From a virus, in the IMG/VR virus record IMGVR_UViG_3300017978_000368, positions 704 through 64,703 of that record: a stretch of 64,000 bases of DNA; one strand, 5' to 3'. Shown here piece by piece: positions 45,233 through 54,376 of the stretch (its first letter is position 1; every line of letters begins with the position of its first letter). Below the pieces are notes generated by a model. The model did not search any database. It saw only the letters and a program-made list of their open reading frames with translations, and was not told where the DNA came from. The position numbers and the translations under genes are program-made.

Positions 45233-45597
45233 GACTCGTGTTTGTTGGGGTTACGGACCGATGGCTTGGCTTTTGAGTATATGCCAAACTGCTTGTATGC
45301 GAGCAAGTGAACTTCCTTTTTCAGCGTGTGTTCACCGATGCCGTGCATGTACCCGACCATCTCCCCCTTGGCACGACGAGCATCCAAGTTGTCCGTAACA
45401 ACTTGCCCAATACTTTTCTCGGACGACCCCTTGGCGCGGAAGGTCATGTCTTGTGCAAACACGCTAGGGCGAGGGTTATGCGCCCAGTGGAAGGGCGAGT
45501 TCGGGTGGCAGTTGCAGGTTTGTTTGGGCACAGGGTTTCCTTTCAGAACAAAACAATTTTTGGTGGTGTCGTATCTTACGAGGTCAAGAACTTTCAT
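45229..45597 (-). CDS. Hypothetical protein
   Basis: GAGAGG SD; coupled overlap. Confidence 0.6.
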   Translation of the reverse strand: MKVLDLVRYDTTKNCFVLKGNPVPKQTCNCHPNSPFHWAHNPRPSVFAQDMTFRAKGSSEKSIGQVVTDNLDARRAKGEMVGYMHGIGEHTLKKEVHLLAYKQFGIYSKAKPSVRNPNKHES

Positions 45598-45817
45598 TTT
45601 TACCTCTCTTCGCAAGAGCGTGCAGTTTTTCTTCAAGCGGTGCGTCAAGACCGCCACCTGTCCACGAGTCCCACATGGCAAACCTTTTTTGGTTGATGGT
45701 CAGGTCTCCGTCCGGACTGTCCTTCAGCAAACGCCCCATCTGGGCGCAGCTCGCCGTGAAGTTTTTTGGGGCCTCTTGGTCAGGGCAAATTGTGAATGTG
45801 TACGGCAGCTTGGCCAT
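45584..45817 (-). CDS. Hypothetical protein
   Basis: GAGGAG SD; KLPYTFTICP. Confidence 0.65.
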   Translation of the reverse strand: MAKLPYTFTICPDQEAPKNFTASCAQMGRLLKDSPDGDLTINQKRFAMWDSWTGGGLDAPLEEKLHALAKRGKNESS

Positions 45818-46013
45818 GTTTTCTCCTCAGTTCTCTGATCTTGTCGCGTGTCAGCGCCATGTTGAACACGCTGTTCATGCGCAGGGCTTTGTTGCGTTGG
45901 GCTTCACTGCGCCTGCGGTTCTCGCGCACGTCAGGCTGGGGCTTGGGCTTGTCAGGCCTGTCGCCCAGCTTGGAACAATGAAAAACACAAGCACAAGAAC
46001 CCCGGCCACCCAA
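45780..46013 (-). CDS. Hypothetical basic protein (start uncertain)
   Basis: C-terminal RMNSVFNMA looks protein-like; no clear ATG/SD in frame. Confidence 0.35.
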   Translation of the reverse strand: MGGRGSCACVFHCSKLGDRPDKPKPQPDVRENRRRSEAQRNKALRMNSVFNMALTRDKIRELRRKHGQAAVHIHNLP

Positions 46014-46023
46014 TCAGTCGTGC

Positions 46024-46224
46024 TCATGTGTTCTCCTTAATGCCGTGGGCGGCTTCAATTGAGCGAAACAGCGCACGAAATTCGTTGAACCCAATATTGG
46101 GTGAACTGTTAGCCCATGCGTGTGCAATGAACTCTTCGTTCTTTGGCTCATGCTCAAGAGTCAACGTGCCTTTTCCAATCGCCCCGCAGGCAGTGCAAGT
46201 GGATTCAATGTCAATTTCCATCAT
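46024..46224 (-). CDS. Hypothetical protein
   Basis: CTAC motif; C-terminal IEAAHGIK. Confidence 0.6.
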   Translation of the reverse strand: MMEIDIESTCTACGAIGKGTLTLEHEPKNEEFIAHAWANSSPNIGFNEFRALFRSIEAAHGIKENT

Positions 46225-46583
46225 GCGTCCCCCTTGATGCCGTGAGCGGCTTCGATGGCTCGGGCAATAGATCGCACACGAAAGTCAATGCCTTCTGCTG
46301 CCGTCCCGAACTCATAGATGTGGTCAAGCAAGGCATTGACTTGTTTGCGAGTTGCGTTGTCAATCTGCTCATCCGTCAGCCCCACCCATGTGCGCTGCGC
46401 AAACATGGCATCAACCTTTGGGGTTTGGTCACGCTCGCAGTACAAACAAACAGTGTGGTCTTTGTCGATGGCGACACTTGCCACCACCATGTCATCACCC
46501 CATTGTGTTTTAACGGGGGCTTGTTGCCATTTGAGCTTCATCTCAACCCCCAAAGATTTTGCGCAGCTCATCGTACAGGGCAC
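46221..46583 (-). CDS. Hypothetical mosaic protein
   Basis: RTWVGLTDEQI and ARAIEAAHGIK modules. Confidence 0.6.
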   Translation of the reverse strand: MPCTMSCAKSLGVEMKLKWQQAPVKTQWGDDMVVASVAIDKDHTVCLYCERDQTPKVDAMFAQRTWVGLTDEQIDNATRKQVNALLDHIYEFGTAAEGIDFRVRSIARAIEAAHGIKGDA

Positions 46584-47112
46584 GCGCTTGTTTGATACTC
46601 AGGTTGTTGAGCAGCGTCTCGGCATCCCACGCAGCGTTGATCTGCACAGGCGCTTCTACAACCGGCGTTGGCTTCTCTTTCTTGATATGCACCACAGGCT
46701 GCTTCGCTTCCACTGGCTTCACCTGATCCTTGTTGCGTGATGTCTTGAGCGGTGTGTACGTGTCCTTCGCTGCAAACATTGTGCCGTTGGCCTCACGCAG
46801 GAGACCTTGCTTGACCATCTGGCCGAGCAGTGAGCCCGTAGAACCTTTCTTGAACCCTTGCAGTGTCAGTGCCGCAACGATCTGCGTGCGTGTGTTGCCG
46901 GGGTTGTTCTTCACGTAATCGAACGTGGCGCGTGTGACGTTGTTGGTGGTCTGGAAGTATTGCTTGGGCATGGTTGCCTCCTTGGCTTTGGTTGTGATGG
47001 TCTCGATGGCTGCGTCTGCGCCCTCGTCGTCCCACGCAGCGGGGATTTGGGGAGTGGGTGCAGATGCGGCTTTGCTCAGTGCGTTTTGAAATGCGGTCTT
47101 GATGTCAGGCAT
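46543..47112 (-). CDS. Winged-helix-like DNA-binding protein
   Basis: TFDYVKNNPGNTRTQIVAAL...STGSLLGQMVKQGLL. Confidence 0.55.
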   Translation of the reverse strand: MPDIKTAFQNALSKAASAPTPQIPAAWDDEGADAAIETITTKAKEATMPKQYFQTTNNVTRATFDYVKNNPGNTRTQIVAALTLQGFKKGSTGSLLGQMVKQGLLREANGTMFAAKDTYTPLKTSRNKDQVKPVEAKQPVVHIKKEKPTPVVEAPVQINAAWDAETLLNNLSIKQARALYDELRKIFGG

Positions 47113-47126
47113 GATGACAGTTCCTT

Positions 47127-47612
47127 TCATTTAGCAGGGGTGGAGGTCTTAGTCTGGCTCTTTGGCCAGCCGAGTTTGCTCAGGTCGGCCACCATGTTGG
47201 CCACAGCAGGCAGGTTCTTTGTCGGCTCTGTCTCGGATGGGAAGTATGAGATGAACTCAGGCAGCAGCTTCTTGAGTTGGGCCAGCGTGCTGCATCCGTT
47301 GACTGCTGCGCTCAGCTTGTTGTGCGCATCGTCGCGCTCTTTCTTCTGCTTCGAGAACGGGGCCATGACTTTGTTCACGTCCGCATCACCCACGACGAAG
47401 TCTGTGCGGTATGACAGCGGGCTGTCCCAGCTTGAGACACTCTCTGTCTTGAGCGCCTTGGGGTGCGTCTTGTAGACCTTCTTGATGAGGTCGCTCATAC
47501 CCGCAACAAACGCGGCTTGTATTTCCGCCTTGAGCACAGTGTCCGGCTTCGTTGGCACGTCCTGCATGATGGATCGGACGATGGCTTCTTTTTCGTACTT
47601 GGTCAGTTTCAT
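47127..47612 (-). CDS. Nmad5-like (nucleotide-modification-associated) protein
   Basis: MKLTKYEKEAIVRSIMQDVP...STLAQLKKLLPE pattern. Confidence 0.6.
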   Translation of the reverse strand: MKLTKYEKEAIVRSIMQDVPTKPDTVLKAEIQAAFVAGMSDLIKKVYKTHPKALKTESVSSWDSPLSYRTDFVVGDADVNKVMAPFSKQKKERDDAHNKLSAAVNGCSTLAQLKKLLPEFISYFPSETEPTKNLPAVANMVADLSKLGWPKSQTKTSTPAK

Positions 47613-47621
47613 GGTTGTTCC

Positions 47622-47777
47622 TTACTTGGTTGAGTTGATGGGGTGAGCGAGGAGCCACTTGTCCCCGAGCAAGCGCAGGGACCGGACCCATGCGCGGATG
47701 TTGTGGCGTTGTGTGTGCACAGGTGCCCACTCATTGCAGAAGTGTTTACGGGCACGGACGAGCATGTTGGTTTTCAT
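47622..47777 (-). CDS. 51-aa hypothetical protein (not in ORF track)
   Basis: MKTNMLVRARKHF...RAWVRSLRLLGDKWLLA; AAGGTAGG upstream. Confidence 0.6.
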   Translation of the reverse strand: MKTNMLVRARKHFCNEWAPVHTQRHNIRAWVRSLRLLGDKWLLAHPINSTK

Positions 47778-48241
47778 AGGTTGTACCTACCTTTCGTGTT
47801 GAAGCGAAGAATGCCAGAGTTGGGTTTAGGGGCAGGCTGCACAAGGTTATGGAGCAGCTGCTTGACGGGGCGTAGCCCGTGATCGACAACGATGTCGATG
47901 TTGTGCTTGATGCCGAACAGCGTGGTGAAGCTCTCAAGCATGGGGTTGAGTTCCTTGCAGGCGAACCACAACGCGTCTTCGTAGGTGGAGGTGTGCTCGG
48001 TGAGTACAGAGGCAATGTTGAACTCCACACGTGCGCCTACCGAGCCGATACGCGAGGAGCTGCCGATCCTGTCCGGGTGCTCCAGCCACGGCTTGTTGGT
48101 GATCTCCACCGTGCCAGCAACCAGCAACACGTCATGCCAAGACCGCACAGACGCATGCTTGTCCACGTGCGTGAGCACGAACCGCGCATGGTACGTAGGG
48201 CCATTACCCCAGACCACGCGCTCGTTCTCACGCACCTGCAC
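47774..48241 (-). CDS. Hypothetical protein (start uncertain)
   Basis: Fills the gap after the DUF3150-like gene; GTG start assumed. Confidence 0.45.
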   Translation of the reverse strand: MQVRENERVVWGNGPTYHARFVLTHVDKHASVRSWHDVLLVAGTVEITNKPWLEHPDRIGSSSRIGSVGARVEFNIASVLTEHTSTYEDALWFACKELNPMLESFTTLFGIKHNIDIVVDHGLRPVKQLLHNLVQPAPKPNSGILRFNTKGRYNL

Positions 48242-48251
48242 GTCACACAGC

Positions 48252-49133
48252 TTAAAAGGAGAACTTGCTGAGGATGTCATCGACGGCTTTCTTGGTGTCT
48301 TCGCGCAGGCCCTCGTCCTTGCGCAGGTCTTTGGGGTCCACGCCACACAGCGCCACTTCCAACGCCTTGCGTGCGGCTTCGAGGTCGAGGTCATTGACCA
48401 CGTTCAAGGACTTGGTGATGTCGCACAACTCCAGCGCACCATCGACAAGGCTGTCGTGGAACCTGCGAGCCTTGGCCTCGCCCTCGACGTAGTCGGTAGT
48501 CAGTCGATCAGACATGCGCTTGAGATGGTCCCCGAGGCGGGCGCGAACATCTTGCATGGCAGCATCCACACGCTCTTGTGCAATGCGTTCGAGCTTGGCC
48601 TTGATGTCGTCCATCGCAGCGTTGCCAACGTCTACACGGAAGTCACCAGCAGTGGGCACAGGCAGGTAGTTCACACGGAAAGCGAACTTGGTCATGATGG
48701 CGTTCTGCGTGGGGTACTCGTCGCGCTTGAACATATCCCCCAATGCCATGGCCTGCGCTGTGATGAGCGTGGGGTAGATGTCGACGAACGCTTGCACCAT
48801 CATGGCGAACTCCTCCTCGAAGGCATTCATCTTGGCAGCGAAGCGCTCGAAGTTGATGGTGGGCAGCAAGCGCAGGCCCGAGTCAGACCATGGCAGTGTG
48901 TTGTCGTACACGAACGAGCGTGCTCGGCCGATCATGGACTGGATGTCTTCGAGCTCCGAGCGCCCGGCAAGCAGTGACTTGTTGACGCGTGCTGCATCTT
49001 TGGCCGCTGCGTTCTTGGACGTGACGATCTCTTCGGTCGCGCTCTTGTCGAGCTTGCGTGCAGTCCAGACCGATGCGTTGAACTCAGTGAGCATGGCGCA
49101 GGTGTCGATGTTGTAGCGTGTTGTGTTTGTCAT
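48252..49133 (-). CDS. DUF3150-like protein
   Basis: SVWTARKLDK...VNKSLL...TLPWSDSGLRLLP...FRDSLV-type pattern; AAGGAG SD. Confidence 0.65.
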   Translation of the reverse strand: MTNTTRYNIDTCAMLTEFNASVWTARKLDKSATEEIVTSKNAAAKDAARVNKSLLAGRSELEDIQSMIGRARSFVYDNTLPWSDSGLRLLPTINFERFAAKMNAFEEEFAMMVQAFVDIYPTLITAQAMALGDMFKRDEYPTQNAIMTKFAFRVNYLPVPTAGDFRVDVGNAAMDDIKAKLERIAQERVDAAMQDVRARLGDHLKRMSDRLTTDYVEGEAKARRFHDSLVDGALELCDITKSLNVVNDLDLEAARKALEVALCGVDPKDLRKDEGLREDTKKAVDDILSKFSF

Positions 49134-49145
49134 GGTTGATTCTCC

Positions 49146-49376
49146 TTAATAGATGTTGCTTGCGTTGTTGAGATGGGTCTTGAGCGCACGCAAGGCAAGG
49201 CGCTCAATAGTTACTTGGTGGTACATGACAAGGTTTGTCCCAATACCGTGCATGTTGTTCTGCAAGTAGTTGTACACAATCGTCTCCACTGCATCGACGA
49301 CTGCGCGTTGTGTTGCCTCGTCGTGGTCAGCAAGCAAGACAGTGTTGGTGAGCGCTGTGGGTAGCAGGTTGTTCAT
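49146..49376 (-). CDS. Hypothetical protein
   Basis: GGAG SD. Confidence 0.55.
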   Translation of the reverse strand: MNNLLPTALTNTVLLADHDEATQRAVVDAVETIVYNYLQNNMHGIGTNLVMYHQVTIERLALRALKTHLNNASNIY

Positions 49377-49377
49377 G

Positions 49378-49719
49378 TCATTTCTCCGAGGGGTTCTGGC
49401 GCTTGAGGCGCAAGAGGTTGAGGGCGATGGCAGCAGGTTGGCGCTCCGCGTATTGCTTGTGCTGTTTGAAAAACTCCCACAATACTTTCCTGTCGTGGAT
49501 GTTGAGCGCATCCTTGAGCTGTGCTTCGCCAAATCTTTCGCACTCGTGCAGGTAGAAGTTCGGAAACTTATTGGAAATCCAGAAACAAATCCGGCTCTCC
49601 TTATGGGTCCATCGGTGGTCTGTCAGCGTCCACGCATCGTGCTCCGCTGCTTCTGCCAACTCCTTGCCAAGCTCTGACATGCGCTTGCGGTGGTACTCCA
49701 AGATCAACTTATCGAACAT
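49378..49719 (-). CDS. Hypothetical protein
   Basis: AGGAG SD. Confidence 0.6.
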   Translation of the reverse strand: MFDKLILEYHRKRMSELGKELAEAAEHDAWTLTDHRWTHKESRICFWISNKFPNFYLHECERFGEAQLKDALNIHDRKVLWEFFKQHKQYAERQPAAIALNLLRLKRQNPSEK

Positions 49720-49969
49720 CGTTGTTCTCCTGTGTTGTGTAAAGGTAAAGCATCTCGCACAGCGCTATGGTGTTCTCCGCCATGCGTCGTTGTTCCTCGG
49801 CTCCCACCGAGTAGTAGTCGTGCATGAATGCAACGATAGGCCCAGTGAAACCGGGCTCACTGAAGCTGCCGACAACGATCTGCCCGGAGGCACGAAACGG
49901 TGGGCACACGCGCAAAGTTCTTTCGCTAACCGTGCGTGGCTGGAAGTCAAAACTAATTCCCCGGTTCAT
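49709..49969 (-). CDS. Hypothetical protein
   Basis: ATGA overlap with upstream gene. Confidence 0.5.
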   Translation of the reverse strand: MNRGISFDFQPRTVSERTLRVCPPFRASGQIVVGSFSEPGFTGPIVAFMHDYYSVGAEEQRRMAENTIALCEMLYLYTTQENNDVR

Positions 49970-50187
49970 GATGAACACCTCGCAAGGTTGATGCACGCAT
50001 CACGCAGATCGTTGGTGAGCGGTGCGGAGGTTGTGAAATTCACAATGCGGAACTCGTAGCGGTCTTGCTTCGCGTTGATGCTGTACCGGTACGGTGTCCC
50101 GAAGTGCACACGGTGAACCCTGAAGTCCACCATGTCCGGCTCGGCGGTGCGCACCACATCCCAAGACAACACCTCAACCGCACTCAT
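49966..50187 (-). CDS. Hypothetical protein
   Basis: ATGA overlap with vWA gene. Confidence 0.55.
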   Translation of the reverse strand: MSAVEVLSWDVVRTAEPDMVDFRVHRVHFGTPYRYSINAKQDRYEFRIVNFTTSAPLTNDLRDACINLARCSS

Positions 50188-51371
50188 GGCTTGATCCTCA
50201 TCACCTTGCCAGCGCGTGGCACGAAGTCATCGTTCTCCACCACACCCCACAGCGTGGGCATGTCGGTCATGCGGTAGTCGGACTCGATGTACCCGTCAGT
50301 CAGCATGATGACAGCCTTGGCCTTGATCTTGTGCTCGTCGATGTAGTCAGCAACACACGACACAGTAGTGCCGCCACCACCCTTGGGAGCCAGCGCCTTG
50401 GCGATGTCGGGGTACTGCTCGGGCTTGAACGTCTGATCGCCACACACTGACGTGTCCCACCACAGCATGCGCACGCTGTCAGGCCGGGTGTTCTGCACGA
50501 TACGCGCCACCTCACCGAACACGATGGGGTACGCCCAGTGCATAGAGCCCGAGGTGTCACACGCGATGATGATCTCACCGATGGTCTCGTCGAAGTGCGA
50601 CGGCATGATGAAGCCCGATGCAAGCAAGCGCTTGTTGGGAGGGCAGAAGCGTGAGTTCTCGTCGCCTACGCACACGCTGTTGATGAAGTCCTGCAACGCA
50701 TCGCGCCAGTTGGTCACGCGCTCCTGCGCTGTGCCGAGGATGTCACGGCCACCCGCTTCATCGCCACGCATCTTGCGCACAAGCAACTCACCTTGGCGGT
50801 TGGCATCGTCGATCATCTTGCCCAGCTTCTCCTTGTCCTCAGCAGACATGGGCTCGCCTGTGCCGTCACCCTCGCCGTCCATCTGGTGATCGTCCATAGG
50901 CATGGGCATCTCCTTGGCATCCTTGAGCAGGTCTTGCAGCACTTGTGGGTACGACATGCCTTGGTACTTCTTGTCGATGCACATGCTCTGCACTGGCCGC
51001 TCAACGAACTTGAAGTCAGGGTCGAGCTCCTCGATCAGGCCGTTGACCACGAAGTCCATCGCCACGTTGTTGATCTGCGCACCGAAGCGCTTGACGTAGC
51101 CGATGTAGGCAGGCAGCACGCAGTGCTTGAGTGCCACGTGGAAGTTCTCGTGCAGCACAACGTAGCGCAGTTGCTTGCGGTTGAGGTTGCTGATGAACTC
51201 AGCGCCGTAGTATTTGTTCTTGCCGTCAGTGCATGCGGTAGGCATGCCGTCCTTGACCTCGGACTTGCCCATGCAGATGATGCCGGACAGCAGCGCGAAC
51301 TTGTGATGACGCATGCAGTCGATGTTCGCTGCCTGAATCTTTTGGTTGGGGGTAAGTTTGTCAAAGCTCAT
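50184..51371 (-). CDS. Metallopeptidase (HExxH) + vWA domain protein (DUF2201-like)
   Basis: TACTDG...LHENFHVALKH; MIDAS motif DTSGS; IMLTDGY. Confidence 0.88.
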   Translation of the reverse strand: MSFDKLTPNQKIQAANIDCMRHHKFALLSGIICMGKSEVKDGMPTACTDGKNKYYGAEFISNLNRKQLRYVVLHENFHVALKHCVLPAYIGYVKRFGAQINNVAMDFVVNGLIEELDPDFKFVERPVQSMCIDKKYQGMSYPQVLQDLLKDAKEMPMPMDDHQMDGEGDGTGEPMSAEDKEKLGKMIDDANRQGELLVRKMRGDEAGGRDILGTAQERVTNWRDALQDFINSVCVGDENSRFCPPNKRLLASGFIMPSHFDETIGEIIIACDTSGSMHWAYPIVFGEVARIVQNTRPDSVRMLWWDTSVCGDQTFKPEQYPDIAKALAPKGGGGTTVSCVADYIDEHKIKAKAVIMLTDGYIESDYRMTDMPTLWGVVENDDFVPRAGKVMRIKP

Positions 51372-51715
51372 GGTTGTGACTCCTGTTGAAGTTGTTTAAG
51401 TTCAGTTGGATGAAATAGCTCAGCCATCTTTGGTTCTGAGTACGAGACGACGAAGTCAGACACCTCATGGCGCATCGCCCACAGCAGCGGCACAGTGTCC
51501 CGCGCTGCGTATAGCATGTCCTTGGTGTATGTAGCCTTGTCGAAGAACTCACGGTGAATAAGGCGCAGTGCCTTGTCCTTGATGCCGCGCCCCACGTACA
51601 GCGAGACCGCTGCCTTGCCCTTCGATGCGGTCATCCACACCTTAGACACGACAACGATCTCGCCGTCAGCGTTGCGGCTGAACAGATGCGTGTTGAGGAC
51701 CACTTGCTTGGTCAT
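51368..51715 (-). CDS. Hypothetical protein
   Basis: TGATG overlap with AAA gene. Confidence 0.55.
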   Translation of the reverse strand: MTKQVVLNTHLFSRNADGEIVVVSKVWMTASKGKAAVSLYVGRGIKDKALRLIHREFFDKATYTKDMLYAARDTVPLLWAMRHEVSDFVVSYSEPKMAELFHPTELKQLQQESQP

Positions 51716-52839
51716 CACTTGGTGCTGAAGAAAATCTTGTGAGCTGCCAGCATCTTGCCGAAGTTGGTCAGCGTCACGTAGATCGACACGCGCTGCGACT
51801 GAGCCACGCTGTTGCAGAAGATAGACTGCATCTCTGCACGCATGCGCCACACGTACTCGACAACCTTCTCGGCATCCTCACGCGTATCGACACGCGAGAC
51901 GAACTGGAACACCTGCACAAGCTGCGCGGTGGGGTTGTCGGACAGAGGCGCAGTCGCTGGGTCTTTGAGCACACGTTCGAGTGAGCAGATGTCACGGCCG
52001 AAGCGCACGAATGAAGACAGCGACTCGGCAGTCGTCGCACCCACAGTACCCACGAGCGCAGCCTCAAGCGTCTCGTCGTCGAGCACACCGTCACCTGAGT
52101 CAAGCACGTCACCCGCTGCAACCAAGCTGCGCGGCGTAGCGTAGGCCAGAGACATGCTGCGAGGGTTGAAGATGTAGCCGTTGTCCTTGTCTTGCTGCTT
52201 GCCCTCATGCTTGCCACCCTTCTCGTAGTCGAGGAACGAGTCCATGACCTGAGCGTAGCTGTTGACGAATGCAATCACAGAGGCGTTGACACCCTTGTCG
52301 ATGGCCCACTGCACCCACTCGCCAGCCGTGGGCTTGCGCATCTTGACGAACACGAGACGGTTGCGCAGGTGCGCTTGGATGCTATCGCCCAGACCCTCGA
52401 CTGCAAGGTTGGTAGCGCAGAACACAACGCTGCCCTCGGGCATGTGATAGTTGCCGACACGGCGCTCGTAGATGATCGGAGCAAGCACGTTCTTGATGAA
52501 CTGCGGAGCCTTGGCGATCTCGTCGAGGAACACCATGATGGGCTTGGCATCATTGACCCCGAGTTGATTGACCTTGCTGACACCGAAGCGCTCGTTAGGC
52601 AGCTCACGAGAGACGCCATTCTCGCGGTCGAGGTCAGGCATCCACACCGAGCCATCGCTCAGCTGTGTGCAGTCAACAGGGTCCACAGCGATGTGGTCTG
52701 CGAACTTGGGGTGCTTCTTGAGCGCATGGAACAGCGCGGTCTTGCCGATACCATTCTCGCCCTCGACGATGACGGTACGCTTGTCGCCCACTGCGGCGAT
52801 GAGGTTGAGAACTTGTGTGAAAGAAAGCATGTTATTCAT
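51715..52839 (-). CDS. MoxR-like AAA+ ATPase
   Basis: Walker A GENGIGKT; Walker B FLDE; sensor ATN; arginine finger LRNRL; TPRS. Confidence 0.9.
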   Translation of the reverse strand: MNNMLSFTQVLNLIAAVGDKRTVIVEGENGIGKTALFHALKKHPKFADHIAVDPVDCTQLSDGSVWMPDLDRENGVSRELPNERFGVSKVNQLGVNDAKPIMVFLDEIAKAPQFIKNVLAPIIYERRVGNYHMPEGSVVFCATNLAVEGLGDSIQAHLRNRLVFVKMRKPTAGEWVQWAIDKGVNASVIAFVNSYAQVMDSFLDYEKGGKHEGKQQDKDNGYIFNPRSMSLAYATPRSLVAAGDVLDSGDGVLDDETLEAALVGTVGATTAESLSSFVRFGRDICSLERVLKDPATAPLSDNPTAQLVQVFQFVSRVDTREDAEKVVEYVWRMRAEMQSIFCNSVAQSQRVSIYVTLTNFGKMLAAHKIFFSTK

Positions 52840-52874
52840 GATTGAAAACTCCTGTGATGAAAGAAAAGGTTTGC

Positions 52875-52891
52875 GGGAACACCGTGTTCCC
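52875..52891. promoter_or_regulatory. 17-bp palindrome copy 1
   Basis: GGGAACAC-C-GTGTTCCC. Confidence 0.8.
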
Positions 52892-52906
52892 GGCTTGTGG
52901 TTTGAT

Positions 52907-52936
52907 AGTGTATCGTAAATGTCTAGTGTTTGACAA
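52907..52936 (-). promoter_or_regulatory. Putative sigma70 promoter
   Basis: TTGTCA-18 nt-TACACT on minus strand, upstream of palindrome 1 and the AAA gene. Confidence 0.45.
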
Positions 52937-52953
52937 CTCCTTTCTGTAAAAAT

Positions 52954-53889
52954 TTATGCGAACGGCGTGGCCGTTGTGCGTGGGAAGTCCATGATGTTCA
53001 TGAACTGGGGCAGCGGCACAGCCGCAGACTTGCGCTTGAGCGCATAGGTCTCACGCACGATCACTCTCCACAACCCGTCAGCCAGAACCTTCTCTGTAAC
53101 AGGTTGCTCAGAGTTGTGCTCGGCTTTGTAGTACAGCTTGGTGGCCTCGTAGTCGTAGACCTTCTCGGCCAGCGTCATGAACGCGTTGATGTAGTCCTGC
53201 CCCAGAGCGCTGCCCTGTGTCATGCAGCGCAGCGCGTCGCGCTGCGCCCAAGTAACATCAACTCCACCCCTGAATGGGATAAGCATGTCTTCGTCGATGA
53301 ACTCTATGCGCCGCCAGTCCCCCATGCGCATGCAAGCCAGCGTGATGTAGGGCTCACACAGCGCCTTGATGTGGTTGCGTGTCTCCTTGTCGCTCTTGCC
53401 CACCTTGTGCGTGTACATCGGCGTGTGTGCTGACTGCTCTACGACGAGGCGTTTGCGTGGGCTGTTGTCGAACCACAAGCTGGCGCTGAACTCGCGGCCA
53501 TCTTCATGTATGCAGTCTTTGGCTGGCACAGGCACGGCCACCGTTTGATTGTCCGTGGTGTCCATGTGCATCAAGGTGCTGTGCCGTGTGACGTTGCGCA
53601 TGAATTGCTTGGATGTGTTGCTGTTGTGCGATGTGTACATCACGCGCCGTCCGTCTGGTGTTGGTGCATAGAAACGCGCCATGGCCGTGGTGTACAGCAT
53701 GACGTCGTAGTACTCGCCGCCACGTCCCTGCTCGATGCGATAGTGCCACGAGCGTGTGTCCTTGAGTGGGCGCTGGTTGTCGTTCCACTGACCCTTGCGT
53801 GTGAATGGCTTGGGCGTCTGGGTAAACCACTCGTGCGCTGACTCGAAGTCGTTGATGGTTGGAAGGTTGTAAATGGATGATGAGAACAT
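52954..53889 (-). CDS. Hypothetical early protein
   Basis: AAAGGAG SD; 311-aa ORF. Confidence 0.75.
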   Translation of the reverse strand: MFSSSIYNLPTINDFESAHEWFTQTPKPFTRKGQWNDNQRPLKDTRSWHYRIEQGRGGEYYDVMLYTTAMARFYAPTPDGRRVMYTSHNSNTSKQFMRNVTRHSTLMHMDTTDNQTVAVPVPAKDCIHEDGREFSASLWFDNSPRKRLVVEQSAHTPMYTHKVGKSDKETRNHIKALCEPYITLACMRMGDWRRIEFIDEDMLIPFRGGVDVTWAQRDALRCMTQGSALGQDYINAFMTLAEKVYDYEATKLYYKAEHNSEQPVTEKVLADGLWRVIVRETYALKRKSAAVPLPQFMNIMDFPRTTATPFA

Positions 53890-54331
53890 GGTTGAAACTC
53901 CTTTGGTTGGTGATGAAAATTACTCGGCGTCTGGTGCAGGAAAGTCTACGCGGATGCTGCGCACGGGGTCTACGTATTCCCACAGGTCGTAGTGGCCTTC
54001 GCCACCCGATTCTATTTGTAGGTCGTCGTTGTCTTCCCCCACGCGCACGAAGCGCCACTCGGCACCGAAAAGCTTCTCGGCATCGCGCATCAGTACGTCA
54101 TGGGCCTGCACTTCTGGATACGATTCATACCACTTCCACCCCTCTTGATAGAAGGTGATGATTGGGTGTTCGCCGTACTTGTACTGAACTTCGCTGAGCA
54201 CCGTGTTGGTGTGCGGGTCGTTCTTGGCGTGCATGAGCGTGACGAAGTTGTCGCGGTGCTCGATGGTGTCGAAGTGAATGACGTATGCAATGTCTGATCT
54301 GTAACCCATGGTTGAAACTCCTTTGGTTGGT
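53887..54331. repeat. 25-bp exact direct repeat pair (SD + start codon) flanking one gene
   Basis: catggttgaaactcctttggttggt at 53887-53911 and 54307-54331. Confidence 0.9.
53920..54309 (-). CDS. Acidic hypothetical early protein
   Basis: MGYRSD...KWYESYPEV...FVRVGEDNDD; AAAGGAG SD. Confidence 0.75.
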   Translation of the reverse strand: MGYRSDIAYVIHFDTIEHRDNFVTLMHAKNDPHTNTVLSEVQYKYGEHPIITFYQEGWKWYESYPEVQAHDVLMRDAEKLFGAEWRFVRVGEDNDDLQIESGGEGHYDLWEYVDPVRSIRVDFPAPDAE

Positions 54332-54338
54332 AAAAAAT

Positions 54339-54355
54339 GGGAACACGTTGTTCCC
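54339..54355. promoter_or_regulatory. 17-bp palindrome copy 2 (one mismatch)
   Basis: GGGAACAC-G-TTGTTCCC. Confidence 0.75.
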
Positions 54356-54376
54356 AGAAAGAATGATGACTGTTCC

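Noticed and set aside
45870-46027. Possible frameshifted gene: MSTTDWVAGVLVLVFF... start in one frame, protein-like C-terminus in another
   Set aside because: Cannot tell frameshift, mosaic junction and overlapping small genes apart without homologs
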